Assembly: GCA_964016885.1 (NCBI GenBank)
Contig: OZ024742.1
Location: forward strand, 83,018,001 to 83,082,000
From: Eledone cirrhosa
Taxonomy: Eukaryota
DNA: 64,000 nucleotides
Direction of reading: 5' to 3'
Under the pieces are notes generated by a model, which worked only from the letters and a program-made list of their open reading frames with translations, was not told where the DNA came from and did not search any database. Each line of letters opens with the position of its first letter. Position 1 is the first letter of the stretch. This document shows, piece by piece, positions 30,101-45,139 of this stretch. A program made the translations under genes and the position numbers.

Positions 30101-30196
30101 CGTTTTAATCATTTTCTAACCCAGAAAAAAGAGAGAGAGAAATAAAAAAGAAAAAATATATATTTTTCTTCCTCATAATCGTCTCTTTCTCCCTGT

Positions 30197-30260
<64 letters not shown>

Positions 30261-30699
30261 TATACATACATACACATACACACTAAACATTCATATATAT
30301 AGTATACATATCTTGTACATATATATATATATATCTCACATACACACATATATATATTTTACATACATATATATATATATATACACCACATATACACAAA
30401 TATATTGTCTACATACATATATATATTTCCTATACACAAACCATATATATGTTATTTACACATATTCCATACATACATTTTATATACGCACTATATATAT
30501 CCTATACATATACCACACATATATCCCACACATATATCATATACATCCTACATATACACTATACATATCCTATATACATATTGTATATATCTCCCACATA
30601 CACACACATATATATATATACACACACACATATATTTTATAGATACATACACACATATATACACACACACATATACATACACACATATACACACATACA

Positions 30700-30730
<31 letters not shown>

Positions 30731-31167
30731 TCCACACATTTTACATATATACACATATATGTTCCATATATATACACATTTTATACCTCCTACATATATA
30801 TTTTTTTACGTATGCGTATATATATATACACATATATATATGTATATATACATATATATACATATATATATATACATATATATATATATACGTACTACAT
30901 ATATATATATATATAAATATAAATATATTATACACATATCCACACATACACATACACATACACATACACGTATCTACCACACACATACGCACGTGCATAC
31001 ATACACATACATCTATATACACACACACACATATGCATACATACACATAAACATGTACACATATATCTGTATACCTTCAGACATATATATAAAAAAACAC
31101 ATCTATACATACATCTACTGAAGTGTTTAAGTTCATATATACATTGGTGTGGGGAAGGGGAAGTTAA

Positions 31168-31345
31168 TTGTTTCTACTTTTGGCACAAGGCCAGCAATAA
31201 CCCAGTGCATTACTGGTACTTTATTTTATCGCCCCCGTATGGATGAAAGGCATAGTTAACCTCAGCGGGATTTGAACTCAGAACATAAAGGGGCGTAACA
31301 CTATGCTACAAAGCATGGCGTCCGACTCTTTACCGATACTGCCAA
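31168..31345 (-). mobile_element. tRNA-derived SINE, octopus-type
   Basis: TTTCTACTTTTGGCACAAGGCCAGCAAT..CTGGTACTTTATTTTATCG..GGATGAAAGGC..TTTGAACTCAG. Same family at 46021-46200 and 48711-48830, with fragments at 3779-3835, 49100-49200 and 61430-61520. Confidence 0.8.
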
Positions 31346-32195
31346 GAGGAAATTAAATAAATGTTATTGTACCTCTGAGGATTTTTCTTCTCTTCGGCGA
31401 TCGAATGTTTGAAAGTACGGGTGTCATCAACTATTTTTATTTTTCAATATGAGATTTTTTTTAAAAAGAATTTTACATAGGGGCTCGTATACACACACAA
31501 TCATACACACACCTGCAACTGTCATATTATACGAAAATCGTAGTAAATATTAATCGTGCAGCGAATACTTGTAACCATTTTTTAAAAACTTAGAAAAACA
31601 TGTGTGTGTGTGTGTCTGTGTGTGTATGTATGCTTTAATTCCTCCGGACCTTCATCATCATCAACACTCATTAACAGCACACCCCATACCCCAGTCAAAT
31701 CCAAATATGTCTTATATAGTCACACATTTCAACACAACCTGATCTCAGTTTGACAATCGCCACAGACAGAAGAATGCGAGAAAGTTCTCCAACCCAAGTT
31801 AACCAGGAATCTATAAAATTCTTCCCACCGAAGTTAACAAAGAACTTACTAGATCTAGCAACTCATAATATTATAATATTATAAAATTAAATCAAAAAAA
31901 TGTTTTAACACTACAAATGAATTCATTCTTTTCCTTTTTTTCATATATATATATATTTAATTAGAAAGTACATAGAACACTCGTTTTTCCTTTGCTTTTC
32001 CTTTGGAATTACGTAACACACACATATTTATACACATAATCACACACACACACACATATATATATATATGTATATAACGAAGGAAGTGTGGTAAGTAACC
32101 AAGTGGAACATAACGCACCAATGTACTCGATACTGGGTAATAGGAAACGAGTCAGGACCCGACGGCTGAGCTCTTGCTGTTTAGACAGCTATGTC

Positions 32196-33282
<1,087 letters not shown>

Positions 33283-33446
33283 ATATAACTGTTCTGCAAA
33301 ACAACCGATGTTATTACATTGAGCTATTTATCTTACTTGTAATAAGATAGTAATTAATGACTATCTTTCACTATTTAAGGTTTGTATAAAAAATATATTA
33401 CCATAAAAGGTTTTATTACATACATAACCATAAATAGTATCCTTAA

Positions 33447-33480
<34 letters not shown>

Positions 33481-33508
33481 AGGAGGTTATAGTTCACTTG
33501 AAGCATTG

Positions 33509-33922
33509 TGTAATGAGGTATAAACGTTTGTATATGTATAATAAAGCCAAAACAATGCAGGTATTGACATAGAATAAAGAATGCAAATGCAAAAGATATT
33601 GTTGACAATTAGTCTTTTACCTTAGATTTATTTAAATGTCCTAAATTTTCGAGATAATATCTCTTCTTCAGAGTGAAGTAAAGCTGTCAAACCAGTGTTT
33701 TAAATAGCTTGCCAAGTATTTAGAACTGGCAAGCTATTTAGAACACTGGTTTGATAGCTTTACTTCCCTCTGAAGAAGAGATATTATCTCGAAGATTTAG
33801 GACATTTAAATAAATCTAAGGTAAAAGACTAATTGTCAACAATATCTTTTGCATTTGCATACTTTATTCTATGTCCATACCTGCGTTGATTTGGCTTTAT
33901 TATACATATACAAACGTTTATA
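33509..33922. repeat. Palindrome P5 with an HHR-like motif; same family as the PLE 3' end at 62140-62295
   Basis: ~200-bp arms. CTGAAGA-AGAGATATTATCTC-GAA(A/G)-ATT-TA-GG occurs in both arms. Confidence 0.9.
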
Positions 33923-34112
33923 TATATATATATATATATATAACAATATATTTAGAAACACACAGATACATGCGGACACACACATATATACATGAATGCA
34001 TCCGCACCCAACTGTGAGTTAAGGGTGCCAACTTCACCGATGTTGCTCAATGAATGACCGGGACAGACCAATTCAGTTGAACCAGACTGAACCAGTATCA
34101 GAGTTAAAAATA

Positions 34113-34521
34113 CATTATGAAGAGAGAAGAAACATTTAGATATAATTAGTAATAAAATGTATCATACCTAAACTGCTCCTAAATTCCTCGACTACGTAGT
34201 TTCGTGGCATAAACAAAAACAATATATCATAAAGATATAGAGTCCCTGCGAGGTCTGCCGACTTATCAAGAGGATACCTCATTTTACTAGTCTCAAGAAC
34301 GCGTCTACACGACGTGAGAAAGAATCCCAAAAGGCGGAGGGGGAGATAGTCACGCGATATAACGGTCGAGAAACAGAGCTAAGCCTCGCATGGACTCTAT
34401 ATCTTTATGATATATTGTTTTTGTTTATGCCACGAAACTACGTAGTCGAGGAATTTAGGAGCAGTTTAGGTATGATACATTTTATTACTAATTATATCTA
34501 AATGTTTCTTCTCTCTTCATA

Positions 34522-34524
<3 letters not shown>
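34113..34524. repeat. Palindrome P6 (arms about 34113-34252 and 34384-34524) with a degenerate HHR
   Basis: Near-identical arms. GAAA-CTACGTAG-TC at 34434-34447, with the 5' core decayed (TTTATGA). Confidence 0.88.
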
Positions 34525-34613
<89 letters not shown>

Positions 34614-34615
34614 AT

Positions 34616-34967
34616 ATAATAAAAGGAGGCTGGACTGGTGTAAATCCTTAAAAGGTTTAGTATACTATGATCACTTCAATAAACGGGTTCAGTATGAATT
34701 CGGTGATATCATCAGGTATTCGAAATATAACAAAGGAACATAACATAAAATTCATGGGGCCGCCCTCGACAGAGGTAGAAGCTGCTAAGTAGTCGGTCGT
34801 CCTCTTGTCTCTGATTTTCCGCCCCATGGATTTTATCTGTTATATTCCTTTGTTATATTTCGAATACCTGATGATATCACCGGATTCATACTGAACCCGA
34901 TCATTGAAGTGATCATAGTATAATAAACCTTTCAAGGAATTACACCAGTCCAGCCTCCTGTTATTTT
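34616..34967. repeat. Palindrome P7 with a degenerate HHR and a 3' extension to about 35120
   Basis: Arms about 34616-34760 and 34821-34967. CTGATGA at 34868-74. (TA)n on both sides. Confidence 0.88.
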
Positions 34968-35116
34968 ATAATAATTAACTCCGTACTCGCACTATCAACT
35001 ACACAAACGAAGACGGGTGAGTTGCATTACGTTGAGTACTCTCCATAATATTACATCGAGATTGACCATACGGAATGACCAGGTCTATCCAGTGGTGAAC
35101 CAACAAACTTAAATAA

Positions 35117-35157
<41 letters not shown>

Positions 35158-35509
35158 GATAAATCTACCAATCAATGGTAGGGTCTAAACCATATGATGA
35201 ACTCAATGTAATCCGTATGTTGAAGATGTCGAAAAACAAAGTTTAAAATACAAAATTTTCAACGATATAATTCATTGGATACAGAGTCAAAAATAGAAAT
35301 ATTAAAACAATGAAATTAAACAAAAAACGGTTAATTCATAGTAAAACTCATTATTTTACGATCATTTCTGGAGGGTAGTTTCCCGTATGTCCATTCTATT
35401 ATTGATCTATGTAAAATATATTACAACATATCATAGTAAGAAAATATACATACGTCTTCACTACCCGCCGTCTTCAGAAATAATTATTTTACATAGATCA
35501 ATAACATTG

Positions 35510-35574
<65 letters not shown>

Positions 35575-35610
35575 GTATATATATATGTATATCACATAAA
35601 AAACCCAGAA

Positions 35611-36735
35611 TCATTGGTGCGACGGATTAGAATTTATTAGACATATTACAATCGTTTCTCTGGCGACCAGCTCGAGGTACGATCGATGCGAGGATCGAAC
35701 CTGACTCTGAAATCGCAAGTTCTTCAGATACGTCTTTTTGCCTCGAAACAGAATTTCCAAATGTCCTCTTTATCCCGTCTGCCTTCGTTCGCCAGCATCT
35801 ATCCTGTTCTTCACGTTCGCTGAGTGGTCAAGAATTGTACACGTCATCGGTATTTCATGTCCGTCCATTTTTTCATTCCATTCATATGTCACGTGTCAAT
35901 CAAAGTTGGTCCTTTTAGCAAAATTACTGCTGTAGGAGGTAAGGTGTTGTATGAGTGAAATGCCTGTGTAATACCACAGTCGTCTCGGCCTGTACACACC
36001 CACACATTATCCCTGGTGCGTGCAAGCGCAAAACATAGGGGCTCATATACACACACAATCATACACACACCTGCAACTGTCATATATACGAAAATCACAG
36101 TAAATATTAAATGTGCAGCGAATACTTGGAAAAAATTCGTAAAAAACGTAGTAAAACATATCTGTACATATAATTGGAGAGATGCCTTTTTCAGTAAAAA
36201 TTATACACATACATATATATATCTATACATATATATATATACACACACACATAGAGGCGTACAGATACAGTATATACTGAAGGGTACAATGAATACGTAG
36301 TAAATGCGCAGAAACTGCTTAAAGGCATTGATAAACACTTAAAAAAGTCGAGACGGCTGTGGCAGTACGCAGGCATTTCACTCATACAACACCTTACCTT
36401 CTACAGCAGTAATTTTGCTAAAAGGACCAACTTTGATTGACAGGTGACATATGAATGAAATGAAAAAAATGGACGGACATGAATGGTCAGAAATACCGAT
36501 AACGTGTACAATTCTTGACCACTCATTGAACGACAAGAACAGGATAGATGCTGGCGAACGAAGGCAGGCGGGATAAAGAGGACATTTGGAAATTCTGCTT
36601 CGAGGGAAAAAGACGTATCTGAAGAACTTAAGATTTCAGAGTCAGGTTCGATCCTCGCATCGATCGTACCTCGACCTGGTCGCCAGAGAAACGATTGTAA
36701 TATGTCTAATAAATTCTAATTCCTCGCACCACTGA
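35611..36735. repeat. Inverted repeat P8 (arms about 35611-35965 and 36375-36735, spacer about 410 bp)
   Basis: Reverse-complement arms. Spacer segment 36035-36160 also occurs as a direct copy at 31476-31600. Confidence 0.92.
36612..36706 (+). ncRNA. Type I hammerhead motif with extended stem II; mirror copy on the minus strand at about 35640-35734
   Basis: GACGTAT-CTGAAGA-(62 nt)-GAAA-CGATTG-TA-ATATGTC, with 7-bp stem I (one G-U) and AATAAA at 36708. Confidence 0.78.
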
Positions 36736-37546
36736 TTTTCCGTTTGATATTATAATCTGCTCTGTAAGAGCATCGAGTGCTCATACGGCCTACAGCATAC
36801 GGACGCTTTTAAGCATCCCACATCATATATATATACAAATAAACGATATACAATAGGATATATCATTTTAGAAACAGACCCAACTACCCTTCTATAGAAC
36901 GTTATCTATACACTGTATGGAGAATATTTCAAACTTTTATTCGAAGAATAAAGGATCAGTATTTTAATACAGTGTGAGATATATATAGCAAAGACTTAAT
37001 AATACTGATGGAGGAAAACATGGTCTTGAGATATTTAGCAAAATTGATAATTGTTTATCTGATAAATACTGATTGAAGGGTAGCATTCGTTTTTTTCTTT
37101 CGTTTTTTTTTTATTTCCAGATTCAGACTGTCTAATTTAACACAAAAGAGTTTGTGTTTGAATTTCCATATTATTTGTGTTGTACTACTTTTAAAAAATG
37201 CTAGTTTGTTTCTCAATTGACATATCCCGTTATATATCATTTATACTTATATTATAAATGCTTTGAACAGCATTTTATTGAGTTTTGAACCGAGAAACAT
37301 ATATATATATTTATAGCTATTGATAAAACCTTCTAGTATTTCCTTATGTTTAGTTTCTATCTGAAATGAGTTCAGAACGATTTTAGCAGGAGATTCAATA
37401 AAATATTCTTCTATAAATATGAAACACCCTACTACAATTATGTGTATATGTTTCACGAATAAAAGAAACAAAAACATGCAAAACAACACAAAGTCTTATT
37501 AGGTTAAGATACGGGGAAAAAAATGTTTTCCATTAACATTACAAGG

Positions 37547-37631
37547 GGTCTGACGAGCCGCGGCTAACAGAGTCGTGTCAGATCGATGCAGATCGATCCT
37601 TGAGCTGATCAGTGCCGAAACGCGCGTCACC
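37547..37631 (+). ncRNA. Type I hammerhead motif with long domain II
   Basis: GGT-CTGACGA-(60 nt)-GAAA-CGCGCG-TC-ACC, with AATAAA at 37641. Stem I is short and stem II is weak. Confidence 0.7.
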
Positions 37632-37909
37632 AACAAACGTAATAAAGGAGTAACCTATCGTCTCTGTTATCTTATTTCACTCAAGTGAACCTAAACATCG
37701 AGTGCTCACCCGGGTGAACCTACAGTAAACACAGAGCTGGCATATCTAAGAACTGACTAACTGCCTGTTGAGGTCATAGCCATTCAATGGCTATCATCGA
37801 AATGTATATAGCAGTAAATTATGAGTTCATGCAATTGACTTATGTTTCGTCGCTATATATATATATATATATATATCCGCGCATTGCCTGGAGACTTAGC
37901 TGAGAATAG

Positions 37910-37991
37910 ACTCCCTGATGACGCAATGAATTCTCGACGGTTATATTACGTAACTGTCTTTATCCCATTGCAGAAACAAATTAGTTGGAGT
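37910..37991 (+). ncRNA. Type I hammerhead, copy 1
   Basis: ACTCC-CTGATGA-C-GCAATG...CATTGC-A-GAAA-CAAATTAG-TT-GGAGT. Confidence 0.75.
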
Positions 37992-38454
37992 GAAAATTTT
38001 AGTAAGTAAGTTAATTTTTTTAATTCTTTTTAAAATTTTCTTATTTTACGTCTTTCATATTATTGTTCTGCATCCTCCTGCATTGAACCAGCTAGGTACT
38101 ATGACATAACTTATGTATTTGCTAGCATTAGCGTACATATGTATGCATATGTTAGTAGATATACTAAATTCTCTATATTTATCTCCAAATTATTTATTTG
38201 TTGAGCAAACCTGCCAAAACCACTACTAATTTATTGGTGTGGTAGTAGGCTTCTGTCATCTTACCATCCCACTCCTACCGACTAGCCTCAGTGTCACGTG
38301 ATTGATTCTTTAGAATCTGCCATTTGACCAGAGACAGCGAGCTTTTCAGTGCATGGAATCCAGTCCCCGCTAGCTGTTCCATCAACCGAATTATTATTAT
38401 TTTTATATGAGTCCCCAGTGTCCGCGCATTGCCTGGAGACTTAGCTGAGAATAG

Positions 38455-38536
38455 ACTCCCTGATGACGCAATGAATTCTCGACGGTTATATTACGTAACT
38501 GTCTTTATCCCATTGCAGAAACTAATTAGTTGGAGT
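38455..38536 (+). ncRNA. Type I hammerhead, copy 2
   Basis: ACTCC-CTGATGA-C-GCAATG...CATTGC-A-GAAA-CTAATTAG-TT-GGAGT, with palindromic loop III. Confidence 0.82.
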
Positions 38537-38720
38537 GAAAATGTTAGTAAGTAAGTTAATTTTTTTAATTCTTTTTAAAATTTTCTTATTTTACGTCTTT
38601 CATATTATTGTTCTGCATGCTCCTGCATTGAACCACCTAGGTACTATAACATAACTTATGTATTTGCTAGCATTAGCGTACATCTGTACGCATATGTTAG
38701 TAGATATACTAAATTCTCTG

Positions 38721-38853
<133 letters not shown>

Positions 38854-38984
38854 TAGTATCGGTGCTCCAACATAGCGTTATACACATACATGTGCGTATC
38901 TCCTACAAGATGTTTATGTAAATCATTTGATAGCCTTCCGCTGATTTTGTTTTAAATTGTGAATGGGTCATACAATTATGTCAC

Positions 38985-39505
38985 ATTTATGTCAGAATGT
39001 CGGACACCCAGTTCAAACGCCGATACCTGAACCACGAAACAACCTTGAGACATCCTGAAAAAACATGCCATCTACCTTGCGAACGATTAGTGCAATCTCA
39101 TAAAATACGGCCCACCATTTTCCATAAATGGAGTATATTACAAAAACCCAGCCACTATGTTAATGGAGTGAAATTTTTCTGCAATGTAACTCGGAAAGGT
39201 AGAATATACGCTCACAACTGGCTTCACAAAAACACTGTTCAATACCCGCCTCGTCTGCTTTAGTCGCTGTTCGCACGAAACGAAATTCTTTCTAAGAAAA
39301 TGGTATATATAGACCGGACTAACCGATTTTAATTTATAGAAATTTAATTATTTTGCACAGATTTTGCACAGATTCCCCACCTTTGTTATTTTTCTTGATA
39401 GGCACCTCCCTTCACATCATCTAAAAGATTTTTTTGTCTCAGGTTAAATTCGAAATTAGCTGCCCTTGAAGAACTTTCGCATATGTTGTTCGAAATCCTC
39501 AAATC
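38985..39505 (+). mobile_element. PLE endonuclease C-terminal remnant (Hydra-like) with a decayed HHR-like motif
   Basis: YVRMSDTQFKRRYLNHETTLRH..KWSILQKPSHYVNG..C..SRCSHETKF. TTGAAGA..GAAA at about 39466-39495. Confidence 0.6.
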
Positions 39506-39714
39506 AAACTGTGAAGATAGCCATTTTTATTTATATAACAGGCTGTATGAGTTGGCGTGTATAATCCAACGAAACTTAAGTACCTGTATATGTCATTTTT
39601 ATTTATATAACGAAACTTAAGTACATGTATGTCATTGTTCTAACTAATTATATTTAACTCATCATATGTACTAAGTGGTCTTGCCCCTGGATATTTCTAC
39701 CAAACTTATACTAC

Positions 39715-39930
39715 GGTCTAAAGAAGGGTCATTTGGCCGGTGCTTATCCCGGTTTCATGGTGTGAAACTACTCAGAGTTCAACACTCCCCTCTGGACAGA
39801 ACGCCAGTCGATCACAGGGTTTACGCCCAGTTATTGCTGGTACTCTTTTGCAGCTGAGTATACTGTAGCAACGTGAACTGAAGTGTTTTGCTCAAGAACA
39901 CAAAACGCAACCCAGGAATGGAACCCCCCC
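39715..39930 (-). mobile_element. tRNA-derived SINE, second family
   Basis: GCTGGTACTCTTTTGCAGCTGAGT..GAAGTGTTTTGCTCAAGAACAC..GGAATGGAACCC. Confidence 0.65.
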
Positions 39931-41305
39931 CCCCGACACACACACACACACGTATAAATATATAGACATATATATCTGTGTGTGCGTGTGTGTGTGTACA
40001 TATATAAGAAAGGGAGAAAGTTAACGGTAAAAAATTGATGGACGGACATGCAGACATATATATTCAGGGGTAAGATATTATCAATAATTCCATATCTCTA
40101 GAGCTGCATTTTTATTTTCTCTTATATTATTTAGTCATCAAATCCTAACTTCTATACCTATTTATTAAACATTCACCTCGTTAAATTTCAGTTTCTGTCT
40201 TTTACTTTTTATATATATAATAATTATAATTTTCTCAAAGTAACTATGTTTTTTTTGTATAGTGTGTTTATCATATTTATTAATAAAATGCATGAGTTTA
40301 TATTTAATGAATTCTTTCCTTGATGTAATCCGCCCCATATATTTGATCACATTAATTTGAATTATTATTATCATTTTTTTATTTTATACTCATTTTTATT
40401 TTCACTGATGCGTGTATATGCGTACGCATGCGCTGATGTGTGTGCGTATATGTGCATTTGTTTGATTGTTTGTGTATATGAATATGTATGCGCTGCGTGA
40501 GCGTGTGTGTGTGTGTGTGTGATTCTTGTTTGCCTTGGAGAACGTGACTTTTTCACTAGTTACTTTCGTAAATTTTAAAGTTTTCTTCGCTTGTTTAAAT
40601 GTTGTCATTGTGGTTGTTATTATTTGCTGTCTATTTCTTTGTTTTATATAACTATTCTTTATTATTACAATTTTTATTTCTTATTGTTCTTATCAACAAT
40701 GTTTTAAGTTTTGTGTTCTGGTTTAAGATATGAAAAAAATAATTTAAAAAACGACAATTCTAACAACAATTCTTGCCACCTTTATTAGTCTTAAAACTTT
40801 CATCTTTTCTACACATTATAACCAAAGAAAAAAATTGTGAACGCAACAGATATTTCATAATTAATTGGTGTGTTCGCTTCAAAAGAACGATATTAAAGAA
40901 GAAAAATAATGAACATATTTTTTCCTATTTCATTTTTTTATTATTTTTTGCTGATCGTTTCTTAACAAACTAATATATATTACTCCGCTCGCTTTGTTGC
41001 TTTTGTAGTTTGTACTTCCTTTGATTTATAGTCTATTTCCTTGTAGCATTAGTTATCGTTGTTGTCATTTTGAAGTAATGATAAGGGTGAGTGTCAGTGT
41101 GGGTGGCATTTTTACTCGTGCTTTTGTTTGTATATTAATGACGATACTATATTTTACACCTTTTACTTTCTTTATACGATATATTTTTAAAGTATGTAAT
41201 TAGATGCCATATTCATAACGTTCTTTCCATGCTTTGATTTGTTTTTTCTTACAATACACTAGCACCATATACGTTTATGAATGTGTGTGTGTGGGTGTGT
41301 ATGAG

Positions 41306-41341
<36 letters not shown>

Positions 41342-41352
41342 GTAGATATATC

Positions 41353-41398
<46 letters not shown>

Positions 41399-41406
41399 GA
41401 TATATC

Positions 41407-41446
<40 letters not shown>

Positions 41447-41454
41447 GATATATC

Positions 41455-41497
<43 letters not shown>

Positions 41498-41499
<2 letters not shown>

Positions 41500-42369
41500 A
41501 GGTGTGTCAGAAAAGTTCCAGGACTGATGTCACAAAAGATATATTTCAAACCCAAACTTCACATTAAGAGTTTTCTGCCACGCTTGCATGCACTCCTGGA
41601 AGGATTCTTCCGTGACGACAGAAGAATCCTTCCATGAGTGCATGCAAGCGTGGCAGAAAACTCTTAGTGTGAAGTTTGGGTTTGATGTCCTCCACGACTT
41701 CAAAACAGGTCCTCTCCGGGTCGTACTCGAAGATCCATGACTCATCACCGGTGATGACTGACCCTACGAAGTCTGGTTCGGTTTCAAGACGCTCGAGGAT
41801 GTCCTGGTACACTTGCATGCGTCGACCCTTCTGGTCATCGTTCAGCAGTTTTGGCACCATCTTCGCGCAGACTTTCCGCATTTCCAAATCTTCAGTGAGA
41901 ATCTTCCAGACTGTCCCTATTCATGCCCAGCTCATTTGCCATCAGTCGAACAGTCAGCCGATGATCGCTACGCACCATCTGCCTGACGCGCTCAACGTTG
42001 ACCTCAGTCCTGGTTGTTGAGGGCCTTCCGCTCCTGGGGTCATCTTGCACCACTCCAAAACACGTGAGCGTGACATTGTCTCATCTCCATACACTTGCCG
42101 CAGCAATCCCAATGCTTCTGACGGAGTTTTCCCCAACAGTACCAGAAACTTCAAGTTTGTTCGTTGCTCTGTGCTCATTGCTTGACGACCTGAAACAGGG
42201 GACATCTATATAAAATTATGAAGAAAAAGGTTTTATCGCTGCAGAGAGCTAAGATTGTAGTTACATACTCCAGGGGGATTACTTTGAAGGAGAAAACTCT
42301 TAGTATGACGTTTGGGTTTGAAATAAATCTTTTGTGACATCAGTCTTGGAACTTTTCTGACACACCTCG
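41498..42369 (-). mobile_element. Internally deleted mariner transposon with ~60-bp TIRs, inserted in (TA)n
   Basis: TIR CGAGGTGTGTCAGAAAAGTTCCA.GACTGATGTCACAAAAGAT at both ends, with TA at 42370. Transposase MSTEQRTNLKF..GKT..YGDETMSRSRVLEW, MRKVCAKMVPKLL, ITGDESWIFEYDPE. Confidence 0.93.
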
Positions 42370-42614
42370 TATATACATATAAATATATATTAATAACACA
42401 AAACGAATGCTAGTAGATTGCATTGTTATATTATGCAAGTATCTATAATGCGCATTTCTATGGTGAAATACTTACGACATAAAACCATGGCGCGATCCAT
42501 GACATGCCGTCTTCAGATGGTCCATTAGGCAATGCTTTCGATACTATATAAAAATGTTTTTTTCTGATTGGATCAACATAATATCCCCAGCTACCAAATA
42601 GGAAACTCTCTTTA

Positions 42615-42646
<32 letters not shown>

Positions 42647-42668
42647 GTGTAACGAAGGAAGTGTGGTA

Positions 42669-42710
<42 letters not shown>

Positions 42711-42718
42711 ATATGTAC

Positions 42719-42788
<70 letters not shown>

Positions 42789-44310
42789 ATGTAAATATAT
42801 ATATATAAGTTTATACGTGTACATGTATAGGTCCTTAATATATAGAATACTGATACTTTTCATATCTTTAGAGTGCGTTGTTATTATAAATATGTTTCAT
42901 TCTATTTATTCGTACATCTATAAATACATAACACTTTCTGTATCTATATTTTTAAAATATTCTATTTCCCCCAAAAAAACGATACGATATATTTGCCTGG
43001 TTTATGATTGACGTATACATCTGAAAGAGAGAATAAATAGTTTGATAAGAAAATATATAATCATATTACTCGGATGCAAACCACCGATCGATTTCAAATG
43101 CGAAACCTGATTCTTGTACACTTTAATTTGTTTACGCAGCCATTCAGTTGAGACATAACACAGGTGGAATTTATATAGTTTAAATGCGGAAACTGCTATT
43201 TAGTAAAAACTATTTACTGCATATATCCACAATGATATTGTATTCGGTCTCTGAGTTGTTTTCTAGACAAAACAATAAATACGAAGTTAAGAAAGATATC
43301 TATCTCCTGATTGGGTAACAAATAGCTAAATCGTATGTACATGGACGTAGTTATGGAGGTAACTCTTAGAAATGAGGGATACGGATAATACACTGCAATC
43401 ATCTCCCTTCAAAATTCCTAGCTTTCTTGGTCAATGCTAAGTACTTTCTAAAGTATCACTTTATATATTGTATAAACATTTCAGTATAATCAGCACAAAC
43501 CAGTAGAAGCACCCACTGGGGTACTATAAAATTGAGGCAATTGCTGCACTTTCTATTGGAAGTTGAGGGGTAGATTCTTTATTACATGAATATTTTCAGA
43601 TAGAAGTTGACTGTAATTAAGTGTAATTCTTATTTACAAAGTAATTACATCAGTAGGCTAGCTACACGATATAAATGTATTGTCCCTGGTACAATTAACA
43701 GTATTTTACCAAATTGTCGCTTTGTAATTGTAACTATCTCTTTTTAATGAAATAACTTATCAATGACATAATTAAAACCATTATACAATCAAATTAATTA
43801 TTGCTCCTCTTTGAATGTGGAGATATTATTAATATAATGCCCCAAAGTTTCATAATTATGACTTCCGATATACATAAAAGCGTTCAAAACAGGAAAGGTA
43901 AAGTCTTGTTATAATGGTGTTTGGTATACAAAACTAGTGAATTATTACTTCGTACAATTCGCGGTTGTACATGAACTATCTCTTTTTAATGAAATAACTA
44001 ATCATGCACTGTTAACTATACTCAGCTTTCTCTATGTACAATCACCATTTGAACCCGGTATCTTTATTTAGATTTACACCGTTAATAAGGGAAGACCAAT
44101 TTAGGCGATACTCGCTGGAGCTGAACAAACACTTCCTAGCAACTCCAGATGTGGTTGTTTGTTTATTATAATTATGTTGGTACTGGGGAAATATCTACTA
44201 AAATAGGGCATTTTATATCCCGTTAAATTCAATATATGATATTTGCACATGCTTACACACAAACAAAGAATCAGACATACATGCACACAAACAGGCACAA
44301 ACACACACAC

Positions 44311-44421
<111 letters not shown>

Positions 44422-44790
44422 CATACATACATGCATACATACGTGCTTACATTTATGTTGATGTGTATACGAATGCATACATTTTGTGGGTCCAAACATA
44501 TACGTCGGAGTTCTAGAAAGAGACAAGAATCAACCAATAAAATTTGATCTGAATGATAATATCAATAATCGAGAATACCAAAATTGTGCTAACGTAGGAA
44601 GAAAGATTTTAAAAGCTAGATATGGAACAAGAAAGAAATATATAAAAGTCCAGGCTAGAAGTCATGAGTCATGTTTTTGCATAGATTGTAATCCCACATG
44701 AAAGATATTCGCCTTTGGTTATATGAAAAACCTAACAACAAAACAAGAAAAATATTATATATATATATATATATATACATGCATATATAT

Positions 44791-44835
<45 letters not shown>

Positions 44836-44865
44836 TATACATACATATACATATATATGCATTTA

Positions 44866-44899
<34 letters not shown>

Positions 44900-45063
44900 C
44901 ATATATGTATATATATATATACATACATATGCATATATATATATATATATGTATATACATATATGTATATATATATATGTATGTATATGTATATATATGT
45001 ATATATATATACATATACCTAATCTCTATAAATATGTGTACACACGCACGCATACACACACGC

Positions 45064-45101
<38 letters not shown>

Positions 45102-45106
45102 ATATA

Positions 45107-45139
<33 letters not shown>

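Larger units (their letters stand above)
37876..38718 (+). mobile_element. Non-coding partial tandem (about 1.55 units, 545-bp period) with two HHRs; retrozyme-like or non-autonomous PLE
   Basis: 37876-38174 repeats at 38421-38718. Flanked by (TA)n and (TC)n(TA)n. Confidence 0.85.
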
